A stretch of DNA of 19,071 nucleotides from Octopus sinensis (Eukaryota), in the NCBI RefSeq assembly GCF_006345805.1, contig NW_021824618.1, positions 1 to 19,071 of the forward strand. The letters run 5' to 3'. Both the position numbers and the translations under genes were made by a program. Positions 10,283 through 19,071 of this stretch are shown here, piece after piece. Within the stretch, counting starts at the first letter, position 1; every line of letters starts with the position of its first letter. The notes under the pieces were generated by a model. The model did no database searches. It was not told where the DNA came from and saw nothing but the letters and a program-made list of their open reading frames with translations.

Positions 10283-10508
10283 AAGGCTGCGAGCTGGCAG
10301 AATCGTTAGCACGCCGGGCGAAATGTTTAGCGGTATTTCGCACGTCGCGACGTTCTGAGTTCGAATTCCGCCAAGGTCGTCTTTGCCTTTCATCCTTTCG
10401 GGTTCGATAAATTAAGTACCAATGAAACACTGGGGTCGATGTAATCGACTAGTCCCCTCCCCACAAAATTCAGACCTTGTGCCTTTAGTAAAAAGGATTA
10501 TTATTATT
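10283..10508 (+). mobile_element. tRNA-derived SINE (family B), full length
   Basis: GAGCTGGCAGAATCGTTAGC...GAGTTCGAATTCC head, TTCATCCTTTCGGGTTCGATAAATTAAGTACCA central domain and (ATT)n tail. Homologous to 11018-11585. Confidence 0.85.
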
Positions 10509-10744
10509 GTTGTTGTTGGCCACAGTCTAATGGCGAAAACAAGTAAAAGGTATTTGTGTTTTTTTTCCTTCTTTCCATTACTCCGAGGCGAGGAAGTGCC
10601 CCAATTTTACAAAATTTCAGAAATAATCTGGAAGTCTTGTAAAAATCTTCGGAGAACTGGGTAACCACTCTGTTAGAAATAGAGCTCAACAACTTCCATA
10701 TTGAAAACATTGAGAAAAGTGAAGGCAGAGAAATGATCGAGAAG

Positions 10745-11650
10745 CCAGCAGTTGTGTGACTGTGGTAAGAAGCCTGCTTCCCAAACACATGTTTCCAGAT
10801 TCAGTCCCACTGCATGGCACCTTGGGCAAGTGTGTTTTCCTATAGCCCAGGGATGAGTAAAACTTTGTGTGTGGATTTGGCAGACGGAAACTGAAAGAAG
10901 CCCATCGTTCACAACTGCTGTTAGATTGTCTATGTCCCCGCAACTTAGCAATTCATCGGCAGAGACAGATAGAAGCACCAGATTGAAGAAAAAATAAATA
11001 CTTGGGTAGATTCATTCTTTCCTACTCTAGGCACAAGGCCCGAAATCTTGGGGGAGGAGGCTAGTCGATTAGATCTACCCCAGTACGCAGCTGGTACTTA
11101 ATTTATCGACCTCGAAAGGATGAAAGTCGACCTCCGTGGAATTTGAACTCAGAACGTAACGGCAGACGAAATACCTATTTGTTTACTGCCCACAAGGGGC
11201 TAAACACAGAGAGGACAAACAAGGACAGACACACGGATTAAGTCGATTACATCGACCCCAGTGCGTAACTGGTACTTATTTAATCGACCCCGAAAGGATG
11301 AAAGGCAAAGTCGACCTCGGCGGAATTTGAACTCAGAACGTAACGACAGACGAAATATCTATTTCTTTATTACCCACAAGGGGCTAAACACAGAGAGGAC
11401 AAACAAGGACAGACAAACGGATTAAGTTGATTACATTGTGCGTAACTGGTACTTATTTAATCGACCCCGAAAGGATGAAAAGCAAAGTCGACCTCGGCGG
11501 AATTTGAACTCAGAACGTAGTGACAGACGAAATACCGTTAAGCATTTCGCCCGGCATGCTAACCTTTCTGCCAGCTCGTCGCCCTCGGTGTAGATTCATT
11601 CGACATCCAGCATGGTGGCAGGCTAAAGAATTCATAAGCAACAATAAAAG
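10745..11650 (+). mobile_element. SINE family A copy split by a family B insertion
   Basis: 10745-11017 is colinear with the 13056 copy. It resumes at ~11590 with GATTCATTCGAC..CCAGCATGG..AATAAAAGA. Confidence 0.75.
11018..11585 (-). mobile_element. SINE family B, composite with three tandem central units
   Basis: CTGGTACTTA..TCGACC.CGAAAGGATGAAA..GGAATTTGAACTCAGAACGTA..CAGACGAAATA occurs three times at ~180-bp spacing. It is flanked by GTAGATTCATTC at 11006-11017 and 11590-11601. Confidence 0.88.
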
Positions 11651-11908
11651 AGATTGTTTTAACTTCGAAGTCATAGATTTATAAAATTTGTATTTCTGTC
11701 GTTGTTGTTCCCCAAATCAGTCCTCTATATGGACTGCATCACCTTTTTAAAGATAATATTATCTTTAAAAAGGACAGAACTGAAGAATTGAAATTTGGCT
11801 GTTTATTCTAACGAGTCGATACACAGCAGAGACGCTCCCTTTTTGGTTCGTGCAATATATACTTATTTGGAAGGAAATTGTTTGCATTATGGAGAGGAGA
11901 TGTTTCTG

Positions 11909-12820
11909 TTCTTCTTCCGGTGTCGTGTCCAGAACGTAGAACAGAGGCAATCATGTCCTGCTACAATTCTTGGCTCTTTGTTTTCTGTAACGGTTCCACT
12001 TGCCGGTGTTTAATTTCTCTTTCTTCCAACCGGTTCGTCAAGCTTAACATCCACATCATCCTTCTCCTTCTTCTACTTCCTTTCCCTTCAGTCTTTCCGG
12101 TCATCACTAAATTTTTCAGGTCCTCCTTCCTCATCACGTGACCAAGAAATCTTAGTTGCTTGGCCCTTATCTCAGATCTTTTCAATTGCTATATCGAAGA
12201 TCAAGGTCCGTATATTGAACTCCTATGGCTGCTGGAACTGAAACTAACACGACGCTGTTGGAAGACAGGTTTAGAGAGAGCGCAGGCTAAGATTACGCGC
12301 CCTCCTCCTCCATTGGTCAGTTGAAGTTTAGACAGTGTCACGGGACAATTAGCTGGTGCTGGCTGCTTGAGCCTACCGCTCAGTATTTGAAGGGAAATTT
12401 GGCGGGGTGGTCCTTCGCCTGCTGACATTCCTTGATGCTGCATTGATGAGGTCAGAGAACAGAGGAAAGAAGGAGAAAGAAGAAATGCACTCAACGCCAG
12501 AGCTGAAGACACCTCCGAAAGGAGAGGCCCCGCCACGTAGAAAACGGTTGAGGAGTAGGGGCCAAAACCGAACGTGGTTCCTCCTGATGATGTCTTTACC
12601 CACTGGATCCTATAAAGGAGCCGTTGAGGTAGCAAACCACGAAACGCAGTTGGAATTCCCTCCCTCTGTTTTAATGTGTGGAGGTGGAGAAGGATTAAAA
12701 TGAGAAGGTGCTTGGGGAGCTGCAAAATATGATTCTTTAGGAGAATATTGAGGACAGCATGGATAGACAAAGTGTCTAACGAAGAAATGGTGATCCATAC
12801 TGCAGTAAACAGCGAGCTGC
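11909..12820. mobile_element. RTE-clade LINE derivative with an inverted 5' segment
   Basis: The minus strand (11909-~12175) reads EIRAKQLRFLGHVMRKEDLKNLVMTGKTEGKGSRRRRRMMWM, with a GAAGAAGAA tail. The plus strand (~12700-12820) reads FFRRILRTAWIDKVSNEEMVIHTAVNSEL, the immediately upstream RTE motif. Confidence 0.8.
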
Positions 12821-13055
12821 AATGGAGAGGTAGGCTATCAAATTACATAAAGAATTTATATCCATTCACTGTTTTTATTTCATTTCCATAGCAAGGAAAA
12901 GAATCTTGTATCTGGAGAAGGTCATTATGCCAGTAATAAACACACGCACTGGTTAGAGTTAATTTCTTTTCATTTATTTGTCAATTGACTCACTTTTTCC
13001 GTTAGTGAAGTGAAAACAATAGAATATATTTAATTAACTTTAATAGAAGTTAATA

Positions 13056-13441
13056 GGCGCAAGGGTGGCTGTGTGATAAGTAGCTTTCTTACAAACTACA
13101 TGGTTCTGGGTTCAGTCCCTCTGCGTGGCACCTTGGCAAGTGTCTTCTACTATAGCCTCGAGCCGACCAAAGCCTTATGAGTGGATTTGGCAGACGGAAA
13201 CTGAAAGAAACCCATCGTATATATGTATATGTATTTATATATATGTGTGTGTGTGTTTATGTGTCGGTGTTTCTCCCCTAACATAGCTTGACAACCGATG
13301 CTGGTGTGTTTACGTCCCCGTAACTTAGCGGTTCGCCAAAAGAGACCGAAAGTACTAGGCTTACAAGAAATAAGTCCTGGGGTCGACTAAAGGTGGTGCT
13401 CCAGTATGGCCGCAGTCAAATGGCTGAAACAAGTAAAAGAG
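13056..13441 (+). mobile_element. tRNA-derived SINE (family A), near full length
   Basis: GGCGCAAGGGTGGCTGTGTGATAAG...GGGTTCAGTCCC head, internal TA/TG tract and GAAACAAGTAAAAGA tail. The flanking direct repeat TATTTAATTAACTTT is at 13027-13041 and 13445-13459. Confidence 0.9.
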
Positions 13442-13754
13442 AAGTATTTAATTAACTTTTCTTTTTGCTTCATTTCGAATATAAATTCCATAACATTCGT
13501 ATGTAGCAGTTATTTCGATCTGGTTGGATCTCTTCCGTGCGGAGAAACCAAGGAACTCAACATCTATGAATCAGTTTGCACTACATGAAATTAGCTTAAC
13601 AAAAGGAGAAGGAAGAAAATCGTGGTTACACTGTAATTTGAACCGCGAACCAGGCGGCGGAACTTGTACGCTTCACCGTAATTGGGAAATGATATCATTG
13701 TCACTATTTTCAACGCACGCAGATACTTATATGATGCATATAAGTATGAATGCA

Positions 13755-13783
13755 TGTATATATATGTGTGTGTGTATACATAC

Positions 13784-13836
<53 letters not shown>

Positions 13837-13964
13837 CACATATATAAGTGTGTGTGTGTGCATACATATATATATGTATATTATATATATATATATATAT
13901 ATTATACATAAATATATATATACCATGTATATATGTATATATGTATGTGTATATATATATATTG

Positions 13965-14019
<55 letters not shown>
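13755..14019. repeat. Compound (TA)n/(TG)n microsatellite
   Basis: Directly visible. Confidence 0.95.
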
Positions 14020-14021
<2 letters not shown>

Positions 14022-14349
14022 TTAAGTATAACGCCTACGCAGCGACTGCCGGTCGCCACTGACCAGCCCAGATTTTCCCACTCCCACCCCCTCAAGAACT
14101 CACAACGACCTCGAGTGCAAACACAATACACAAGTGCAAACAAGGGAGTCAGAGAAAGGCAGAATGCCACCTATATCTGAACACTACTATGGAAGTATTC
14201 CTTTAAAAAAACCTTTCTTCTAATTTTTCTAAATTTTTCTAAATTTAATTATTTAATCGTTACAGTTGAAAAGGTCTCAAAATGACCGAAACCGGTACTG
14301 AAAGATTCACTATAAAATCATCTTAGCATTTTCTATTTTTGACTTGTTT

Positions 14350-14354
<5 letters not shown>
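14020..14354 (+). mobile_element. Hammerhead-bearing Penelope pLTR-like fragment between (TA)n tracts
   Basis: A ~335-bp island bounded by (TA)n that contains the motif at 14255-14307. Confidence 0.6.
14255..14307 (+). ncRNA. Minimal type I hammerhead ribozyme motif (U3-A8 core)
   Basis: AATCGTTACAG-TTGAAAA-GGTC-TCAAAAT-GACC-GAAA-CCGG-TA-CTGAAAGATT. Stem I is CAG/CTG extended by AATC/GATT, stem II is GGTC/GACC and stem III is palindromic ACCGGT. The GUA site ends at 14297. Confidence 0.85.
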
Positions 14355-14380
<26 letters not shown>

Positions 14381-14384
<4 letters not shown>

Positions 14385-15245
14385 AATATATATGTATGTA
14401 TATATAGTATATATATTTATTTATATATACGGTCCCGCAGCTTAAATAGACCGAGAGAATAAGTACCAGGTTTTAAGAAAAGAAATATGCACTGGCATCG
14501 TTTCCTCAAGGTAATATGGTCGCAGTCTAATGACTGCAACAAGCAGCAGATAAAAGATAAAGTTATGTGTGTGGTGTGTGTGTGTGTGTGTGTGTATGTG
14601 TGTGTGTGTGTGTGTGGTGTGTGTGTGTGTGGTGTGTGTTGTCTCTGCTTGAGACCCAATCTCCTTTTATAGTGTAGATACAATCGTCTTAGACAGCGAG
14701 TACATTCTTCATAGTATCGTATTTATCATATAAATATGGAAGATTTCTGATTTAATGCAAAACAAATAGAATACAACCGGCTATGTATACATATTTTCAG
14801 ACAGCCTCTATGGGAGAAAACATAGCTAGTAGTCATTCAAAAAATACAACTAAGATAGTGAAACAGACGAAATTATGAAAGAAAAAAAAATAAGAGAAAA
14901 CAAAATGGCGTCCGTTGAAATGGTTGCAATATCGAGGAGCGATGAGAAACTGAAAAACATCGCTGAATGACTTAAAGAAAACTAATTCTTTGCCTATTTT
15001 GTTTCGTTTTCCTTGTATTTATTTATTTAAGTGACCAGTTATGTTTCTAAACGACCGGGATCATGTGACACTGGAGACTTCAATGCTAGAGGGCGCTGTC
15101 TGTGGCGGCATTTAGATCAACTCTGACACCAATTATCGTTTGATCTTGAGAAAATATACGGCTACTCAGTAAACACTATTTTGTCAGTTTTATTAGTGGT
15201 GGAGTTGTATAAATACATAACATCATGTTTCGTAGGAAAACATAT

Positions 15246-15304
<59 letters not shown>

Positions 15305-15422
15305 GCATATGTGTGGGTGATTGTGTATATGTGTGTATGTGCGTATTTGTGTGCGTGTGTATATGTACGTACGTGTGTGTATGTACACATAAACATACAA
15401 ACATATATATACCTACCCAACT

Positions 15423-15462
<40 letters not shown>

Positions 15463-15650
15463 AATATATATGTATGTATATATAGTATATATATTTATTT
15501 ATATATACGGTCCCGCAGCTTAAATAGACCGAGAGAATAAGTACCAGGTTTTAAGAAAAGAAATATGCACTGGCATCGTTTCCTCAAGGTAATATGGTCG
15601 CAGTCTAATGACTGCAACAAGCAGCAGATAAAAGATAAAGTTATGTGTGT

Positions 15651-15720
<70 letters not shown>

Positions 15721-16331
15721 TGCTTGAGACCCAATCTCCTTTTATAGTGTAGATACAATCGTCTTAGACAGCGAGTACATTCTTCATAGTATCGTATTTA
15801 TCATATAAATATGGAAGATTTCTGATTTAATGCAAAACAAATAGAATACAACCGGCTATGTATACATATTTTCAGACAGCCTCTATGGGAGAAAACATAG
15901 CTAGTAGTCATTCAAAAAATACAACTAAGATAGTGAAACAGACGAATTATGAAAGAAAAAAAAATAAGAGAAAACAAAATGGCGTCCGTTGAAATGGTTG
16001 CAATATCGAGGAGCGATGAGAAACTGAAAAACATCGCTGAATGACTTAAAGAAAACTAATTCTTTGCCTATTTTGTTTCGTTTTCCTTGTATTTATTTAT
16101 TTAAGTGACCAGTTATGTTTCTAAACGACCGGGATCATGTGACACTGGAGACTTCAATGCTAGAGGGCGCTGTCTGTGGCGGCATTTAGATCAACTCTGA
16201 CACCAATTATCGTTTGATCTTGAGAAAAAATATACGGCTACTCAGTAAACACTATTTTGTCAGTTTTATTAGTGGTGGAGTTGTATAAATACATAACATC
16301 ATGTTTCGTAGGAAAACATATATACATATAT

Positions 16332-16389
<58 letters not shown>

Positions 16390-16550
16390 TATATAATATA
16401 TATATATATATAATATGGTATATGCATTGTGTGGGTGATTGTGTATATGTGTGTATGTGCGTATTTGTGTGGTGTGTGTATATGTACGTACGTGTGCGTA
16501 TGTACACATAAACATACAAACATATATATACCTACCACACTATATTTATA
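14381..16550. repeat. ~1.08-kb tandem duplication (two copies)
   Basis: The unit starts CATAAATATATATGTATG at 14381 and 15459. Unique parts look identical by eye except for homopolymer indels. Each copy has a SINE family A tail at its start. Confidence 0.95.
14901..15097. promoter_or_regulatory. Candidate YY1 + E-box + CTCF motif cluster (second copy at 15975-16171)
   Basis: CAAAATGGCG at 14901-14910, TCATGTGAC at 15061-15069 and CTAGAGGGCGCT at 15086-15097. These are motif matches only. Confidence 0.4.
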
Positions 16551-16624
16551 GATATATATATATAATATATGGTCATATATATACACACCGTGAGAGAGAG
16601 GGGGAGAGACAGACAAAGTCAGGC

Positions 16625-16628
16625 AGAC

Positions 16629-16712
<84 letters not shown>
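16625..16712. repeat. (GATA)n microsatellite
   Basis: Directly visible. Confidence 0.97.
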
Positions 16713-16714
<2 letters not shown>

Positions 16715-16739
16715 ACAGAGGAGCATTGGTTATAATCAT

Positions 16740-16925
16740 TAAACTGCGGTCATGCTAGAGCACCGTCTTCAAAAGTCTTTAGTTAATTTTGTGGAATATT
16801 TTCTGTAGCTTTAATTTTATCAATGTCGGAAGCATGAAAACCTAAGTGGACCTGAACGAATAAAGGAGGGTGGATAATACCACAAGGTATTTCATAACAC
16901 TTTGCACGGACTGTGACTTTTAAGA
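16740..16925 (-). mobile_element. Highly decayed SINE fragment
   Basis: ACTGCGGTCATGCTAGAGCACCG is the reverse complement of the SINE tail GGTGCTCCAGTATGGCCGCAGT. Confidence 0.5.
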
Positions 16926-17061
16926 TGATAATATTTGAAGTGGCAGTGAAATTAAACCTTGAACCAAATAAACTAAGAACGAAACACATGGCCCCCGCTT
17001 CGTCTCGTGTCTGTGTGTAGTGTGTTCGTATGCGTGTACTGGATGTTTATATACGTATCTA

Positions 17062-17176
17062 TATGGTAAGAAGCTTGTTTCCCAACCACATAGTTCTGGG
17101 TTCAGTCCCACTGCTTGGCACCTTGGTTAAGTGCCTTCTACTATAGCTCCGGCACGACCAAAGCCTTGCGAATGTG
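17062..17176 (+). mobile_element. SINE family A 5' fragment
   Basis: GGTAAGAAGCTTGTTTCCCAACCACATAGTTCTGGGTTCAGTCCCACTGC..GGCACCTTGG..CTTCTACTATAGC matches the 13056 head. Confidence 0.85.
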
Positions 17177-17178
17177 TA

Positions 17179-17215
<37 letters not shown>

Positions 17216-17217
<2 letters not shown>

Positions 17218-17520
17218 CATATAGGTACACTGCGACACAATTTCTTTTCCTCAACAGGTCTTGCCCTGTTTAAGATTGTCCCGAAAGAGATCAAAAGGAT
17301 CCCATCACCCTTAAACGGAGTCTGGACAGATTTCTTCAAGGAATACCGAATAAGCCACTCATACCTGGATACACTCAACAAGAACTCACTGCTTGAATGG
17401 ACCATAAACAAAACTTGACTTAAACAGGATTTAGATAATCCTATCAGGTGGTGCTATTAAGTTAGACATGGCCTGGACCAATCTTTGGTCGAAACATAAT
17501 TAAGTTTATCTAAGTTTAAG
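17216..17520 (+). mobile_element. 5'-truncated LINE 3' end (CR1/L2-group-like)
   Basis: IGTLRHNFFSSTGLALFKIVPKEIK / KRSLDRFLQGIPNKPLIPGYT / NKNSLLEW with frameshifts, then a short UTR and TAAGTT-like tail. (TA)n lies on both sides. Confidence 0.72.
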
Positions 17521-17532
17521 TATATATATATA

Positions 17533-17640
17533 TAGTAATCCCTCAACTATCGCGGGTGATACATTCCAAAATCTCTCACAGAAATAATTAAAATCTAAAA
17601 ATATATAAATACCTGTCGCGATATACTGAGTGTGTAATAG
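17533..17640. mobile_element. Possible pogo/Tigger-like DNA transposon end
   Basis: TA-TAGTAATCCCTCAACTATCGCGGGTGATACATTCC resembles CAGT-starting TIRs at a TA site. No partner TIR was found. Confidence 0.35.
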
Positions 17641-18136
17641 GTGTATGAATGTATGTTTATTGGTCTTTTTAAAAGGAAATGGTTGACATTGACTTCGAAG
17701 TTTTGGCTTGTTGTCTTCGAGAGACTGAGAAAAACAAACAAGCTGAAACTTCGAAGTCGCTATTAAACTTTTCCTTGCAAAGCTTTATCAAAATTGGTCT
17801 CAATTTAAATATACTTAATACTCCAGTTTAACGTTAAATTGCTTTTATATGGAACTTGACATCAGAACACGCATTACATACACACAAACATACACCTATA
17901 TTTTTATATTACTGGAGTAACATTATACGGATTTTTGCTCGTATATATGGTATCCAACTGTAGTACCAGTGAAATGAATGTTTAACACACCCCTTTGAAG
18001 GATTTATTTTCTTCAGTTTGTTACTATATATATGCAAGTAAGTCTGTATGTATGGAGTGTTAGATGTGATGAACAGAAATGAATATTAAGAAAAAAAAGT
18101 CGACAGAAATTTGGGAAAAAATCCTTTTATTTCTCC

Positions 18137-18183
18137 ATTATTAATAGCGCTTTCGTTCCTCTCTAGAATTTGCCAAATACAAT
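18137..18183 (-). ncRNA. Decayed hammerhead motif, left-arm copy
   Basis: The reverse complement reads ATTGTAT-TTGGCAA-ATTCTAGAGAGGAAC-GAAA-GCGC-TA-TTAATAAT. A6 and G10.1 are mutated. Confidence 0.5.
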
Positions 18184-18203
18184 TTTGTTTGTACATTCAC
18201 AAA

Positions 18204-18246
18204 ATTGTATTTGACAAGTTTTAGGAACGAAAGCGCTAATAATAAT
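18204..18246 (+). ncRNA. Minimal type I hammerhead motif (U3-A8 core)
   Basis: ATTGTAT-TTGACAA-GTT-TTAGG-AAC-GAAA-GCGC-TA-ATAATAAT, with palindromic AGCGCT and a weak bulged stem I. Confidence 0.68.
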
Positions 18247-18289
18247 GAAGAAACAAAAGGAATTTTTTTCCAAAATTCTGACGACTCTT

Positions 18290-18291
<2 letters not shown>

Positions 18292-18332
<41 letters not shown>

Positions 18333-18338
18333 ATATTA

Positions 18339-18421
<83 letters not shown>

Positions 18422-18538
18422 TGTGCATATTTTGATTATAATCACCCACGGATTTATATGGATAACACCATACAGAATTCTGGGTGCATCTAAATTAAGT
18501 ACCATATTCATTTGAATCTAATTTTTGCTAAACTTATA

Positions 18539-18622
<84 letters not shown>

Positions 18623-18740
18623 TATACACGCATACATACATATATATACATATACATATGTGTGTGTCTATGTATGTGTGTATGTGTGTATTTAAATTTG
18701 TGTATCTGTATGCAGCATAACCACACACACACACACACAC
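18292..18740. repeat. (CT)n, (TA)n, (TG)n and (CA)n microsatellite cluster
   Basis: Directly visible, with a unique spacer at ~18426-18533. Confidence 0.92.
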
Positions 18741-19071
18741 GTGTTGTACACTTATTTATATTCGACCTGTTTGTATTCGTGATTCTAACTGCATATTAAG
18801 CATTTAGAGTTGTGCAAAACCAGTTTTAGCGAGGTGTGGGGGGATGTTGTATTCCAGGGAAGAAAGAGGAAATAAGGAAGTACTTAACCACAACAACAAC
18901 AGCAACAACACCAACAAAAACACGACTACAGAAGCCCTTTCAAACCACAACTACCGCTCATTTTTCCACCCCCATCGTAGAAACTACGATGGAGGGGATT
19001 TAATCGATATTCATATGGTGGTAACTTCAGAAGTATATTTTGTCCCTATGCTTAGGGGGCGTTGTAGGCTG

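Larger units (their letters stand above)
18098..18286. mobile_element. Diverged head-to-head fold-back of a hammerhead-bearing sequence
   Basis: AGTCGACAGAAATTTGG...AAATACAATTTTGT / ACAAAATTGTATTT...CCAAAATTCTGACGACT with a ~10-nt spacer. Confidence 0.75.

Noticed and set aside
11060-11535. Repeat array resembling CRISPR
   Set aside because: The units are ~180-bp SINE segments with no unique spacers, in a eukaryotic context.
12575-12660. CTGATGA...GAAACGCAGTT (and CTGAAGA at ~12503) as hammerheads
   Set aside because: Stem II does not close next to the core and stem I is offset.
12201-12770. 189-aa minus-strand ORF
   Set aside because: No recognisable domain, and it is antisense to the RTE-derived segment.
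13056-13130. tRNA gene
   Set aside because: A and B boxes are present but there is no cloverleaf, and it continues into a SINE body.
14905-14970. ATGGCGTCC as the start of a host gene
   Set aside because: The frame stops after 21 codons and has no convincing splice donor.
17725-17758. CTGAGAA...GAAACTTCGAAGTC as a hammerhead
   Set aside because: Positions 3 and 8 mismatch and there is no stem II.
5-18799. Numerous ORFs rich in YI, MYVC, HT, CV or SL
   Set aside because: They are translations of stop-free microsatellites, not proteins.
18971-18991. CCATCGTAG-AAA-CTACGATGG terminator-like hairpin
   Set aside because: It is a short isolated hairpin with no U-tract or gene context.

Overview
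AT-rich, microsatellite-dense, non-coding eukaryotic DNA. The SINE families and repeat style suggest a cephalopod such as Octopus (inference). No intact host gene is supportable, and almost all listed ORFs are microsatellite read-through. The window is a patchwork of tRNA-derived SINEs, decayed LINE fragments (CR1/L2-like, R4/Dong-like, RTE and an ORF1 remnant), a non-autonomous Helitron and a ~1.08-kb tandem duplication. The main signal is five unrelated small elements carrying seven minimal type I hammerhead ribozyme motifs with palindromic stem III. Their catalytic cores covary at the 3-8 pair (C-G, U-A, G-C). Two elements are circularly permuted units (400 and 364 bp) with terminal direct repeats, two are head-to-head fold-backs, and three sit inside (TA)n tracts. 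This looks like a diverse Penelope-pLTR/retrozyme-like population.
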